From a virus (Duplodnaviria; Caudoviricetes): 64,000 bases of DNA. Under the pieces are notes generated by a model, which ran no database searches, was not told the origin of the DNA, and was given only the letters and a program-made list of their open reading frames with translations. The stretch is from IMG/VR virus record IMGVR_UViG_3300014204_000012, positions 16,013 to 80,012 of that record. The stretch is one strand, 5' to 3'. Position numbers and translations under genes: made by a program. Each line of letters starts with the position of its first letter. Positions within the stretch are counted from its first letter, which is position 1. Below are positions 1-9,615 of this stretch, piece after piece.

Positions 1-1154
1 GATCCTATTCTTCTATAAAACTTTGATGTTTCACATAAATGACGGAAAGATGAAGAACCTGCTGCCATTTCGTCAACAGTGGATGGATGTTCTGCATAAC
101 CATGTATTAACATTCCATTTCCCTGAGACAAACAGTTCTTTATAATATCCCACCGTTTCAAAATTTCCTCAGTAATTTTCCCCTCTTCATCCAGAAGTGC
201 AAACACAAGTTTCTTCCCATCATAAAATCCCGGTGACATAGTTGTTGCATACGATATTTTAGTGTGCAATCCATCTCCTGTGTAGTCTGTCTTAGAAATA
301 TCAAACTTAATTTCATCAGAACTCCTACCAGACACAGTATATGGTTTAAAAAATATCGGCAATGAATTATAAGAAGCAAGCATTTTGGACTTGAACTGTT
401 CAGCAGAGTGATCTCCGTTATAGGACATAAAACCAAATCCATCTGTACCAATGGTTCTCGTCACAACCTCCTCCCCATCACTCATTCCCTCATTCGTAAA
501 TCCCCCTCGTCTGTTTTTGGGCATTATTGGGCCATAACAAAGTCTCCTACCAAGATGTTTCATCTTAAATGTACCATCTGATTCCGGAATTGCATAACCA
601 TCTTCATCAAGTTTTGCAAAAGTTTCATCGGTAGTATAACAATATTGCCTAAATAAGAACCTTTTTCTTCCAGCATCACGGTAATCCGGATAATAAATAC
701 CCTTGTCTGTATCCATTTTCCAGAAGTTCAAATACATGAAATGCCACCCGGTTATGTACGTGGGTTTTCCATTATTGAAAAACCAATACCCGTTTATCCG
801 ATGCCACCACATTCTTTTTATCCACGCAATTTCTGTGGTAAATTGGGATTTCCGGTCTTCAAGCATATTCCAAAACCTCTTTTGGATTTTGTAATACGTG
901 ACCACTTTGGTTTTATCTGAATCAAATTCATTCTGTAATGAAGTCAACGCCTCCTCCTCCAACAATACCAACCTACGTGGTATTTCCGTTCTCTTAAACC
1001 GCTGTTCCCTGTGTTGCAAACCAAAACCATCTATAAAAGAATACCCCGGAGGTTTTGGCAACCGGAGTACCATTGGGATAAGGTCTGGATCATTGTCATT
1101 TACGACAACGTATTTATCGGAATCTAAATACTCACTCGTCTTCGGGTGTTGCAT
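1..1154 (-). CDS. terL: Terminase large subunit, N-terminal ATPase part (truncated by window edge)
   Basis: Hand translation from ATG at 1154 is open to base 1 (absent from the ORF track because it has no stop): MQHPKTSEYL...WIKRMWWHRINGYWFFNNGKPTYITGWHFMYLNFW...PKNRRGGFT (Walker A-like)...FALLDEEGK (Walker B). This pattern is typical of Bacteroidota phage TerL. Confidence 0.85.
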   Translation of the reverse strand, partial: MQHPKTSEYLDSDKYVVVNDNDPDLIPMVLRLPKPPGYSFIDGFGLQHREQRFKRTEIPRRLVLLEEEALTSLQNEFDSDKTKVVTYYKIQKRFWNMLEDRKSQFTTEIAWIKRMWWHRINGYWFFNNGKPTYITGWHFMYLNFWKMDTDKGIYYPDYRDAGRKRFLFRQYCYTTDETFAKLDEDGYAIPESDGTFKMKHLGRRLCYGPIMPKNRRGGFTNEGMSDGEEVVTRTIGTDGFGFMSYNGDHSAEQFKSKMLASYNSLPIFFKPYTVSGRSSDEIKFDISKTDYTGDGLHTKISYATTMSPGFYDGKKLVFALLDEEGKITEEILKRWDIIKNCLSQGNGMLIHGYAEHPSTVDEMAAGSSSFRHLCETSKFYRRIG

Positions 1155-1824
1155 TTCCTACAAATCTGATTGGTTCTATTTGATAATCCCCGTATGGATT
1201 GTCTTCTTCAAGTTTACTACCGGTTAACAACCTACTGGCGTAATCCTCCGGTCTCAACTTTAATCTGGTTTCCTCAACCCGGTAATATAACTTCTGTTTG
1301 AATAATTCTGTTTCTTCGGATAAACCAAACACCCGATCCGACAACTGATCAAGTCTGTTATTTATCAAAGACACCGACTTGATTTCGTTTACATCACCGG
1401 TTCTGCCACCCAACGCATCCAACGTGTACTTTAACAGCATTTCACTCAAGTACACAATTTCTGTCCACACCGGGTTATGAACATACGCCACGTAGTCCAC
1501 AACGGCATTTACGAACTCCTCATTCTTACCCAGCAACAAACCGTCGTAACAGGATTCAAAATATGTCTTGCCGTCTTTTTCGACTGTCCTGAATCCTGAT
1601 GCCTCACCTGCCTCGTACTTCTTTGCCCACAATCCGATGTCTTTCATTTCAGCAAAGGGACTACGGGGATCATAGAGTAACACAATGAACGTGTACACAG
1701 CTTTCTTCCCCGGTAACACAAAGTCCCTCTTTAATCCCGGTATCTTCGCCTCAATGTCCCTAACAAACCAGTTTGACATCGGGTTGAATGGCAGTTTGCG
1801 TAAATCAAGGTCTTTAATGTTCAT
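1132..1824 (-). CDS. Hypothetical protein, candidate terminase small subunit
   Basis: 230 aa, helical, overlaps the terL start; the assignment is positional only. Confidence 0.45.
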   Translation of the reverse strand: MNIKDLDLRKLPFNPMSNWFVRDIEAKIPGLKRDFVLPGKKAVYTFIVLLYDPRSPFAEMKDIGLWAKKYEAGEASGFRTVEKDGKTYFESCYDGLLLGKNEEFVNAVVDYVAYVHNPVWTEIVYLSEMLLKYTLDALGGRTGDVNEIKSVSLINNRLDQLSDRVFGLSEETELFKQKLYYRVEETRLKLRPEDYASRLLTGSKLEEDNPYGDYQIEPIRFVGNATPEDE

Positions 1825-2219
1825 TTATTTAATAATTCAGGATTTTCATAAATATTTCCGATAACCTCAGCCCATTCTTCTGGTTGTAAAATCTCGTAAT
1901 CTGTTATAAAACAAATTAAGTATTTTAATTCACGCAATGCCCACCCTGCATTTTCCCAGCATACAGTAAACTTTCTTTCTTTGATAATATCACAGTCCGG
2001 GTTTCCAACAATAATATCCCCATCATAAATTTCAATTCCATTCTTGTCCTTTAATCCGGTGTATTGGCCTAAAGTATCAGTTCTTATATATTCTATTTTT
2101 TTACCATCTATACACTGAATAGAATCAATTTCATTGTCTGAATATACAGAATGTGGTAATCCAATAATCCACCTATCTGTTCCCGACATTATTGCCCTAA
2201 ACTTAATTTCTCTGTTCAT
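1821..2219 (-). CDS. YopX family protein
   Basis: MNREIKFRA...TLGQYTGLKDKNGIEIYDGDII...EVIGNIYENPELL; start refined to 2219 by ATGA overlap. Confidence 0.88.
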   Translation of the reverse strand: MNREIKFRAIMSGTDRWIIGLPHSVYSDNEIDSIQCIDGKKIEYIRTDTLGQYTGLKDKNGIEIYDGDIIVGNPDCDIIKERKFTVCWENAGWALRELKYLICFITDYEILQPEEWAEVIGNIYENPELLNK

Positions 2220-2512
2220 TTTTTGTATGTATAAGGGAACAAATAACCTACATTCGACCACCGAGAAAAACAAGAATCCACTATAAGAACCCTACCTGTT
2301 TCTGGATCAATGTCCTTAATTATTACAACAGTTTTATCACCAAGCATGTTTTTAAAATAACAACGGTCTCCAACAGATGGGTTTTTTCTCCATTTTTTAG
2401 TTTTGTAATAACGGATAGGCAACACCACAATACAATACGGAGAAGATACTACATAATAAACAAAATCTAAAAACAACCCAAACAAATTTATCAGTAATTC
2501 TATAAGTTTCAT
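2216..2512 (-). CDS. Hypothetical protein with hydrophobic N-terminus
   Basis: 98 aa ORF, stop overlaps the next start. Confidence 0.6.
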   Translation of the reverse strand: MKLIELLINLFGLFLDFVYYVVSSPYCIVVLPIRYYKTKKWRKNPSVGDRCYFKNMLGDKTVVIIKDIDPETGRVLIVDSCFSRWSNVGYLFPYTYKK

Positions 2513-2590
2513 CTTATTTATTATTAGTTGATTATATTACGTTTTAATAAATAATTATTGTAGTTAACTACACATATATCACAGTTAGCG

Positions 2591-2836
2591 TCAAGTTTGC
2601 CAGACATGATTACACTCCATGCACTGATGTACGTTCCTCCCATCTTCCTGCCATTTATCTGATTTACATTGAGGGCAAACCAGACCGATAACACTATGTA
2701 AATTTAATTCTTTAACCTTACTCTCGTGGTAAGCATTAGCATATTCTTGTATGGTCTCCCAGTAGTGTGTTGGCACAGGGCAGTCCATATACTCATTTGT
2801 TGGAAACTTTTTTAACATAAATTGATTTACTGTCAT
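2591..2836 (-). CDS. Small protein with C-terminal zinc ribbon
   Basis: CPQC...CMEC motifs. Confidence 0.6.
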   Translation of the reverse strand: MTVNQFMLKKFPTNEYMDCPVPTHYWETIQEYANAYHESKVKELNLHSVIGLVCPQCKSDKWQEDGRNVHQCMECNHVWQT

Positions 2837-2883
2837 ATTCGTTCTTTTTATTCGGTTAAATAACTAAAAGTTACATCTGTTCG

Positions 2884-3831
2884 TTAGTGTACCACTTTCC
2901 CATTTATAATCCGCATGTTCTCCACCTGAAACAACTCACCATCGGTCTCCACAATCGCAAACCCATGATTCCACTTATTATACGGATCATAGTCAGCATA
3001 CAGATTACATAAACACCCGGTTGACCAACATGTAACAACCTTTTTATCCAAGTTTGGTTCAGTGTGTGAAGATGTCCTGTGAAAATGTCCAATCAGAGCA
3101 GACTTATGAGTATAAAGATACAACGATCTTGACGGGTTAACACCACCAGACCTCATACCAAGTTCGTGACCATGCAAAATAGGAAGACTTCCTGCCTTTA
3201 TGATTCTTTTGTCCTTAACACAATCTATACCAAGTTCTGGTAATCCCAATAGGTCTTCCACGTGGAACAAATCGGTCTGAAACAACAACGGTGCATTTTG
3301 CATCATGTAGATTTCCACACGGTCGTCATGGTTACCTATCTTGTACACAATTTTTGCCTCTGGAAGTTCTGACATCAACCATTGTAAAAATTGTTTAGTG
3401 TAACCAATCTCAGCTTTCCAATCTACCCTTCGTGGGTCTTTAAGGAACTTGCTTCCAGCATACCCATCCATTATGTCACCGTTCAAAACAACAGTGTTTA
3501 CTCCAACATAATTTCCGTAATTAACAGCAAGACTTATCGCATTGTTATCATGAAACGGAGCGTGAACATCAGATAACACCAGAATTTTGTTATTCACAAC
3601 GGGAAGAACATATGGCGAATAATCACGACTTTCCTCCGGTGGCAACAATGGAACATTTACGGAATTGTGCCTACTTCTTTCACCATCCGAACCCATATAC
3701 CACCGTACTCGTTTCCTTGCGTTCTCCAAGCTAATAAACAAATCCGGCCTGTCTTTAAAAAGTTCCTTCGCAATTTTCTTCTTTGAAAGTGTAGTATATT
3801 TCTGAATGTACTCTAAAACAACTTCTCTCAT
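2884..3831 (-). CDS. Calcineurin-like metallophosphoesterase
   Basis: LSDVH, NGDIMD, GNHD, HGHE and GHFH motifs in canonical order. Confidence 0.88.
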   Translation of the reverse strand: MREVVLEYIQKYTTLSKKKIAKELFKDRPDLFISLENARKRVRWYMGSDGERSRHNSVNVPLLPPEESRDYSPYVLPVVNNKILVLSDVHAPFHDNNAISLAVNYGNYVGVNTVVLNGDIMDGYAGSKFLKDPRRVDWKAEIGYTKQFLQWLMSELPEAKIVYKIGNHDDRVEIYMMQNAPLLFQTDLFHVEDLLGLPELGIDCVKDKRIIKAGSLPILHGHELGMRSGGVNPSRSLYLYTHKSALIGHFHRTSSHTEPNLDKKVVTCWSTGCLCNLYADYDPYNKWNHGFAIVETDGELFQVENMRIINGKVVH

Positions 3832-4517
3832 ATTTTATAGTTTATCCACCGCCTCTGAACATAACCCAAACCCTTCTCAAAGGTACAATATCTTTCGTCT
3901 TCAAGTTTTGTCCATAGATTCATGCGGAAATTAACAACGTCGCCAACATTTACATCAACGGCATCTTTCGCCTTTCTGTTTACATACCGTGAGTTCATCT
4001 TACCCACATATTTAACCACACCTTTTTTAAGGTTCTGTTTCTCCGTGTTGTCGGGAACAATGATATACTTGCTTTTCTCCTTTTCACGGTATTCCCCAAC
4101 CAGAACATACCCGTTTAGCGGAATAATACGTTCCCCACGACCACGTTTTACAAATATGATTTCCTGAAAGTCCACAAGAAAATAACGAACCCCGTCAACA
4201 ATTATAACGGGGCAGTTAAAGGATTCCACAAGTCCAAAATAGACCACATCACCAACCAAAAGGGTTTGTTCATCATATGGGAACTTCCAGTCCATACCGT
4301 GTCCGTGATCACGCTTATTGAACAACCTGTCTGGTTTTACACATACCACTCCGGTTCTCACAGCATGGCCAGATTCATCCCACAAAGAATCCCCACGGAT
4401 AATACCACTTTTGTACTCATCTGGAATAAGGTCTATTCTGACAAGCACTTTGTTGTTTAGGGTTTTCGAAGGAACACGGTCTGACGTTACGATTGATCTG
4501 TCTTTGTCGCCTATCAT
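3828..4517 (-). CDS. GroES-like co-chaperonin with two tandem GroES-like domains
   Basis: TLNNKVLVRIDL...GVV... and IIPLNGYVLV...IIVPD...KKGVVKYVGK...VNVGDVV; start refined to 4517 by ATGA overlap. Confidence 0.7.
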   Translation of the reverse strand: MIGDKDRSIVTSDRVPSKTLNNKVLVRIDLIPDEYKSGIIRGDSLWDESGHAVRTGVVCVKPDRLFNKRDHGHGMDWKFPYDEQTLLVGDVVYFGLVESFNCPVIIVDGVRYFLVDFQEIIFVKRGRGERIIPLNGYVLVGEYREKEKSKYIIVPDNTEKQNLKKGVVKYVGKMNSRYVNRKAKDAVDVNVGDVVNFRMNLWTKLEDERYCTFEKGLGYVQRRWINYKI

Positions 4518-4744
4518 CTGTACACGAATAAAACATTTGCATACCGGACAATATCTTTCCCATCCAACTCCGTACACCCGACACTGTCGTAAATAACTTC
4601 GTCACCAACAAAGAACTCCGGGGTTTCCACTTCTCCGGTTGAAATAACCTTACCCTTTTTCATGGATACCTTTTTGTTCGGTATGAATATCAAACCAACT
4701 TTCTCCAAGAATGGTTCAATAAGTATGTTGTTCCCTAATATCAT
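4514..4744 (-). CDS. groES: GroES-like co-chaperonin
   Basis: ILGNNILIEP...LIFIP...KKGKVISTG...VGDEVIY; 76 aa. Confidence 0.75.
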   Translation of the reverse strand: MILGNNILIEPFLEKVGLIFIPNKKVSMKKGKVISTGEVETPEFFVGDEVIYDSVGCTELDGKDIVRYANVLFVYR

Positions 4745-5256
4745 ACGATTTCACCACATTTGTCACACACAAACCAGCCGATTGATTTATCCAGGTGTAC
4801 ATTTTTGCAACTACAAAATTCAGTTTCAGCACCTTCCAACCACTCCTTAAAACTGGCATCGGTATTCCTTCCTTCGTAAAATGCTACCTTCATGGCTTTC
4901 TTCATCGCCTTTAACGCAAGGAACCGTGGAATGTACACAACATTGTCCTCGATTCTGGTGCTGTCACCATCTAAAAAAGGATTACGGAAACCAACACCGT
5001 CCATTTCTTTATACCTGTAAAAACCTAAGGAAGTATCCCGGTAAACAACACCATCCAATATTTCACACCTGTTCACAGTTCGTTTTGGTTCTTCTTCTGC
5101 ATCTGTAAGCGGGCAAAATACCGATATATCAGCCCCACCATAACGCTTGATTGTGCAAAGATTTATAAGGCATCTACCATCAAGATCATCGTCTTCCATA
5201 TCGGAAAAAGGACACTCTTTACAACTTTTTATTTTAACATCATTAAACTTTTTCAT
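4741..5256 (-). CDS. Hypothetical Cys-rich protein
   Basis: 171 aa, CKEC near the N-terminus and CDKC at the C-terminus; coupled to neighbours. Confidence 0.6.
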   Translation of the reverse strand: MKKFNDVKIKSCKECPFSDMEDDDLDGRCLINLCTIKRYGGADISVFCPLTDAEEEPKRTVNRCEILDGVVYRDTSLGFYRYKEMDGVGFRNPFLDGDSTRIEDNVVYIPRFLALKAMKKAMKVAFYEGRNTDASFKEWLEGAETEFCSCKNVHLDKSIGWFVCDKCGEIV

Positions 5257-5296
5257 ATCATTTTTAATTCAAAGGTTTCTACAATTAAAATATACA

Positions 5297-5860
5297 CTAT
5301 GCAACTTTTATTTTACTTTCAAATAAATTTGAATTTAACGCAATGTTATGGTATTCATAACTTATTTTAATATCATCTAACATTGATTTATGTTTTTCAA
5401 CCGTATCAAGTAATTTGCCTGTTTTTTTATTAACAAACATTTTTTGATCAATATTATAAAACATAAATGTATGAAGTTTTCTGTGATCTTTAGGTGAAAC
5501 AATGAAAACATCATAGAGAAGATTATAATTCCAATGATGAATTTGTACCCCATCATCCAAACACATTTTTTTTCTTATAGTATGACTTGCTGTTTTATAC
5601 CTTGATAGAGGGATGTTCCTTTTAGCAACTAATTCGTTATGTTTATTTTTATAATTAAGTCTATGATACCTTTCTCTTGAACGAAATCTTTCAGATTCAA
5701 CCCACTCTGAATCCCTTGATTTTTCACACACATAAACATAAGAATCATTTTTAGTACATGACTTACACTTATTAAGATGTCCGTCTGCCATTTGAGGATG
5801 AACGTAAAATTCATCAAGCGGTTTAATACATCCACATTTAAAACACTTCTTTTCCATCAT
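5297..5860 (-). CDS. HNH endonuclease with N-terminal zinc finger (homing-type)
   Basis: CFKC...GHLNKCKSC plus IHHWNYN...DHRKLH; AT-richer than its neighbours. Confidence 0.72.
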   Translation of the reverse strand: MMEKKCFKCGCIKPLDEFYVHPQMADGHLNKCKSCTKNDSYVYVCEKSRDSEWVESERFRSRERYHRLNYKNKHNELVAKRNIPLSRYKTASHTIRKKMCLDDGVQIHHWNYNLLYDVFIVSPKDHRKLHTFMFYNIDQKMFVNKKTGKLLDTVEKHKSMLDDIKISYEYHNIALNSNLFESKIKVA

Positions 5861-5939
5861 ATAAGAGTTAAGTCGAATGTTTCAATAAGTTTACCATACA
5901 TGGTATTGTTTTTAAATAAAACATCAATTTCCGGAGGTA

Positions 5940-6305
5940 TTAAAAAGGAAGTGAATCGTCTACCTCCGGTGTCTGAAAATTTTCAACAGGGGGATTTGAC
6001 TTTGGTTCTGCCAAGAAACTACCCTGTTCCTGCCGGTACGTCTCCACCCGGAAACACTTTACATCGGTGTAATACCTTCCATTGTACTCCCGCGATTCCA
6101 CATCAACGGTACACGCCAGGTCTGTGCCGATCTTCGTGTCACCGATGAACTCAATCACCGTGGCATCAAAAGACATCACCAGGACACTACTGGGATACTT
6201 GCCCATTTTGTCAATCAGGAACTCTACTTTGTTCCACTGCTTTCCACCTTTACCGACGCCTGTTGCGACGTCAAATTTCTTTGCTAACTTTCCCTTAATT
6301 TCCAT
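5940..6305 (-). CDS. DUF3127 family ssDNA-binding-like protein
   Basis: MEIKGKL...GKQWNKVEFLI...KYP...ESREYNGRYYTDVKCFRV, acidic tail ending DDSLPF. Confidence 0.88.
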   Translation of the reverse strand: MEIKGKLAKKFDVATGVGKGGKQWNKVEFLIDKMGKYPSSVLVMSFDATVIEFIGDTKIGTDLACTVDVESREYNGRYYTDVKCFRVETYRQEQGSFLAEPKSNPPVENFQTPEVDDSLPF

Positions 6306-6308
6306 TTT

Positions 6309-6578
6309 TTAGTTATTTGTTATATATACCGTGTGGTATGATTTAAACTCTGAAATGTGTTTACGGAAATCACTCACCGTGGCGTGCCTCAAATACGATT
6401 CTATGGTTTCTGAATCACATCCCAACAACTCCTCAATGGTTGATTTTTCAACTTTGCCGTATTTGTATTCGTCAATAGCATCCGCAATGGCCGACGTGAC
6501 CTTCTCCACCGGAATGACACCGGATTCTGTCAGTCTCATTAATTCGTAAATTTTGTTTATGCAGGTAACGATGTCCAT
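6309..6578 (-). CDS. Hypothetical protein, first gene of the leftward operon
   Basis: 89 aa, directly downstream of the promoter at 6588-6595. Confidence 0.65.
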   Translation of the reverse strand: MDIVTCINKIYELMRLTESGVIPVEKVTSAIADAIDEYKYGKVEKSTIEELLGCDSETIESYLRHATVSDFRKHISEFKSYHTVYITNN

Positions 6579-6587
6579 TTTTTTTTA

Positions 6588-6612
6588 CAAAGGTAATACA
6601 TTATGTGCAATT
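6588..6612 (-). promoter_or_regulatory. Bacteroidota RpoD-type promoter, leftward
   Basis: TACCTTTG (-7 element TAnnTTTG) at 6595-6588 with TTGC upstream. Confidence 0.7.
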
Positions 6613-6746
6613 TTGCAACATGTTATAAAACACATTAATTCAGATATTCTATTTAAACCAAAAAGGGTTTTTCCCCTGATATCCCTTCTGGGCGGCAGGT
6701 GGTCTGTTAGTTTAGGAAGTACAGTACCAACAGCAGTACAGCGTTT

Positions 6747-7043
6747 TTAGCTTAATCGCCCCTGTACGACATTTACCGGATGCAACAACTCGTAAATCAT
6801 CAGCACCAAAGCAGAAACCCTAAACCACTTTGGATTTTTATTTGCATACCCCTCCCGATAAACGGCTAAAAGTGTCACCAATCTTTTTGTTGTCTGCACA
6901 CAACGGGATAAGACCTCAAACATAACCCTATGTAATGAGAAACCCCGGAAGACATTTGCCAACCGGGGGAGATATATGAATAATGGTATTAAAGCAACTC
7001 TTTGCTCTAATGTTTTTAATTCAATTTGTAACCTATATACCAT
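6747..7043 (-). CDS. Possible hypothetical protein
   Basis: 98 aa with no recognisable motif; preceded by TATCTTTG (7069-7062) and an A-rich leader. Confidence 0.3.
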   Translation of the reverse strand: MVYRLQIELKTLEQRVALIPLFIYLPRLANVFRGFSLHRVMFEVLSRCVQTTKRLVTLLAVYREGYANKNPKWFRVSALVLMIYELLHPVNVVQGRLS

Positions 7044-7114
7044 TACTCTTTTTTCTCAGTACAAAGATATAACATTTTATCGAAATAAAAAATACTTATA
7101 CAATTTTTTTTACT

Positions 7115-7159
7115 AAAAAAAACAACGCCATATTGGTCAATACCGACAATGGCGTTGTT
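7115..7159 (-). terminator. Intrinsic-terminator-like hairpin (possible small RNA)
   Basis: 11-bp inverted repeat AACAACGCCAT/ATGGCGTTGTT (7121-7131/7149-7159) followed by a U-run on the minus strand. Confidence 0.6.
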
Positions 7160-7247
7160 AAATGAATATAAAGTAATCTCCTGCAAAGGTATGTAAAAAT
7201 ATCCTAAATAAAAAATTATATTACATGTTTTAAAACATACGCAAAAA

Positions 7248-7279
7248 TTTGCACACACGGATAAAATACACGAACTTTG
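7248..7279 (+). promoter_or_regulatory. Bacteroidota-type promoter, rightward
   Basis: TTTG (7248-7251), 20 nt spacer, GAACTTTG (7272-7279), ATG at 7293. Confidence 0.6.
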
Positions 7280-7292
7280 CAGAAAAAAAACT

Positions 7293-7589
7293 ATGACAGG
7301 AGTAGAACTTATTGCCAAAGAAAGACAGGAACAAATCGAAAAACACGGAAGAACTGTTGAATATGATGTTTTCATAAACAAATCTATGCAATTATCGGAA
7401 GCAGCCGCATCCCTTATTCATCCAGACATATCAACACCAAGAAAGAGATTTAGTGTAATGCCTACAAACTGGGATGATGGTTTATCCTTAAGAATGTGTA
7501 AAAAACAATATTTAGAAAGATTGGTTATTTCCGGTGCTTTGATTGCTGCTGAAATTGACAGAGTGTTATATTTAAGTGAAAAACAATAA
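7293..7589 (+). CDS. Conserved phage hypothetical protein
   Basis: MTGVELIAKERQEQIEKHG...GALIAAEIDR pattern recognised from phage proteins. Confidence 0.7.
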   Translation: MTGVELIAKERQEQIEKHGRTVEYDVFINKSMQLSEAAASLIHPDISTPRKRFSVMPTNWDDGLSLRMCKKQYLERLVISGALIAAEIDRVLYLSEKQ

Positions 7590-8581
7590 TGGAAATAAAA
7601 TTACAAAGTCCAAAGATTTCGATGCACCTGACCCGGGATATGGCATTTATTGAAATAATAGATTCACAATCGAGTACTACATTTGTCAAAGTGAAGTTAG
7701 ACCCGAACTATTTTTTATCAATGTTATCTGGATTGTCTTATACGGAATGTGAGGCTACCGTGTATGATCTTGATAGAATTGGTAAAACCATGCAACATAA
7801 AGTGTTTGAATTTGAAATAAAACGAACAGATAAACAAAGTGATTTGGAACTTGATTGCGTGGAGTTTCTTTTTGAAAATGGCATGTACGAGTGGCTTCCG
7901 GATCATTACTATAACAGCCAGAATACATTTTTTGAAAAGGATGGTAGAAAATATGCACGTACAACCATAAGAAGGTGGGTGTGAGCAAACACGACAAAAG
8001 TTACAGTTCATTGGAAATCGATGTGGAGGAACTGGAATACCAGATGAATGAGGTAGGCATGTATTCCGTCATACAGGGGATTTGTGACTTCAACCTGTTC
8101 TGGGTGGCAACACTCCCGATGGTGTGTAGACATTGTGTCATTGATTTTCTCTTTGAACATGTCAATAAGTTCAAACGTAAATTAACACTTAGGGAGTTTT
8201 TCGTTGTGGACTTCATCATATCGAACTTTCACCCGGTGGACTTCGATGAATTTTCTGGTATGTATAAGCGGTGCAAACAGGATGTGTTTTACTATAAATC
8301 AAAAATAAATGGAAAAAGTAAAAGTTTTAGTTCCTGAGTTCTTCATCCGGTCAAGGACGGTTAGGGGAGAAAGTAGTAAACAAACCTTTGTGGTTGTAAG
8401 GACAGAAGACAATGATGCCGCCTTGTTAATCAGAAAACTGGTGTTATCTGGTGATATCAATCGTTTCGCTGACTACAAAATTCTTAAACAGTTTAAAAAC
8501 CAGTATTTGTTTGAACTGGTGTTTTCCATAAAGATAAAAACACTGGAAAAAGTTGTTTCACACATAAACGAATACAAATAA
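7589..8581 (+). other. Three coupled hypothetical CDSs (7589-7984, 7981-8337, 8309-8581)
   Basis: Overlapping start and stop codons; no motif recognised. Confidence 0.6.
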
Positions 8582-9615
8582 TGTTAAAACACGGCTCTCT
8601 TTTTACCGGTATCGGAGGTTTTGATCTTGCCGCAGAATGGGCAGGATGGAATAACTCATTTTATTGCGAAAATAACCCGTTTTGTCAGAAGGTTTTAAAA
8701 TATTACTGGTCGGAAGCGGAGAGTTTTGAAGACATAACAAAATCAGATTTTAGCAAATATGAAGGAAGAATTGATGTTATTTCCGGTGGATTTCCCTGCC
8801 AGCCTTTTAGTCTTGCCGGGAAGCGAAAAGGCACAGAAGATAACCGCCACCTCTGGCCGGAAATGCTTAGAGTTATTAAACAGGTTAAACCGCCATGGGT
8901 TGTGGGTGAAAATGTTTACGGGCTTATTAATTGGTCAGAAGGGTTGGTATTCAACCAGATCATATCTGACCTGGAAGACGCAGGGTATGAAGTACAACCA
9001 TATCTTATTCCGGCTTGTGCCGTCAACGCCCCACACAGAAGGGACAGACTTTGGATTGTTGCCCACAGTACAGGCATGGGACGGGAACCGAGGGCCACTA
9101 TCAAAGAACAGATACCAGAAGAAGTTGGGGGGGCCGAATTTAATATCAGAAATAAAACACAGGATGCTTCCGACACCAAATCAACGGGACTGGAAGGGGG
9201 AATCAGGTTATCAGAATCAATTCGATTTAAACAGGGAGATAAAGAAAATGCTTCCAACTCCAACAAATTCAATGGTAACTTATCAGGATTTCGAGCAGGC
9301 GAAATATCACAGTTCAAAACGTCCGGAGTACTCAAATATAATATTGCCAACGCCAATGCAACCATGGAACGGAGGAACGAACGGAAAAGCAAAAGCGAAG
9401 CAAATATATGGGAGCAATTCCCAACTGAATCCCCGCTTTGTAGCCGAAATGATGGGCTTCCCTCCAAACTGGCTGGAATTACCTTTTCAAAACACAGAAA
9501 CGAATCAATTAAATCCTACGGGAACGCCATAGTTCCGCAAGTCGCATATCAGATTTTTAAAGCAATTAACGAATATGAAAACATTTATAATAACATTCAG
9601 AACTGGAGCCTGTGA
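8581..9615 (+). CDS. dcm: C5-cytosine DNA methyltransferase, large (alpha) chain
   Basis: Motif I SLFTGIGGFD, IV GFPCQPFS, VI ENV, VIII HRRDRLWIVA and X SYGNAIVPQV; no motif IX in this frame. Confidence 0.92.
   Translation: MLKHGSLFTGIGGFDLAAEWAGWNNSFYCENNPFCQKVLKYYWSEAESFEDITKSDFSKYEGRIDVISGGFPCQPFSLAGKRKGTEDNRHLWPEMLRVIKQVKPPWVVGENVYGLINWSEGLVFNQIISDLEDAGYEVQPYLIPACAVNAPHRRDRLWIVAHSTGMGREPRATIKEQIPEEVGGAEFNIRNKTQDASDTKSTGLEGGIRLSESIRFKQGDKENASNSNKFNGNLSGFRAGEISQFKTSGVLKYNIANANATMERRNERKSKSEANIWEQFPTESPLCSRNDGLPSKLAGITFSKHRNESIKSYGNAIVPQVAYQIFKAINEYENIYNNIQNWSL
8759..9532 (+). CDS. Nested +1-frame ORF, probable methyltransferase small (beta) chain carrying motif IX
   Basis: 257 aa fully inside dcm; four LPT(P/V) repeats and LNPRFVAEMMGFPPNW (motif IX-like). 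Confidence 0.75.
   Translation: MKEELMLFPVDFPASLLVLPGSEKAQKITATSGRKCLELLNRLNRHGLWVKMFTGLLIGQKGWYSTRSYLTWKTQGMKYNHILFRLVPSTPHTEGTDFGLLPTVQAWDGNRGPLSKNRYQKKLGGPNLISEIKHRMLPTPNQRDWKGESGYQNQFDLNREIKKMLPTPTNSMVTYQDFEQAKYHSSKRPEYSNIILPTPMQPWNGGTNGKAKAKQIYGSNSQLNPRFVAEMMGFPPNWLELPFQNTETNQLNPTGTP

Noticed and set aside
2559-2572. Perfect 14-bp palindrome TGTAGTTAACTACA as an operator or attC-like site
   Set aside because: It is a single occurrence in AT-rich intergenic DNA, with no integrase or matching copies.
8916-9467. Third (antisense) ORF over the methyltransferase
   Set aside because: No motif or promoter; it is a likely by-product of dual-frame constraint.
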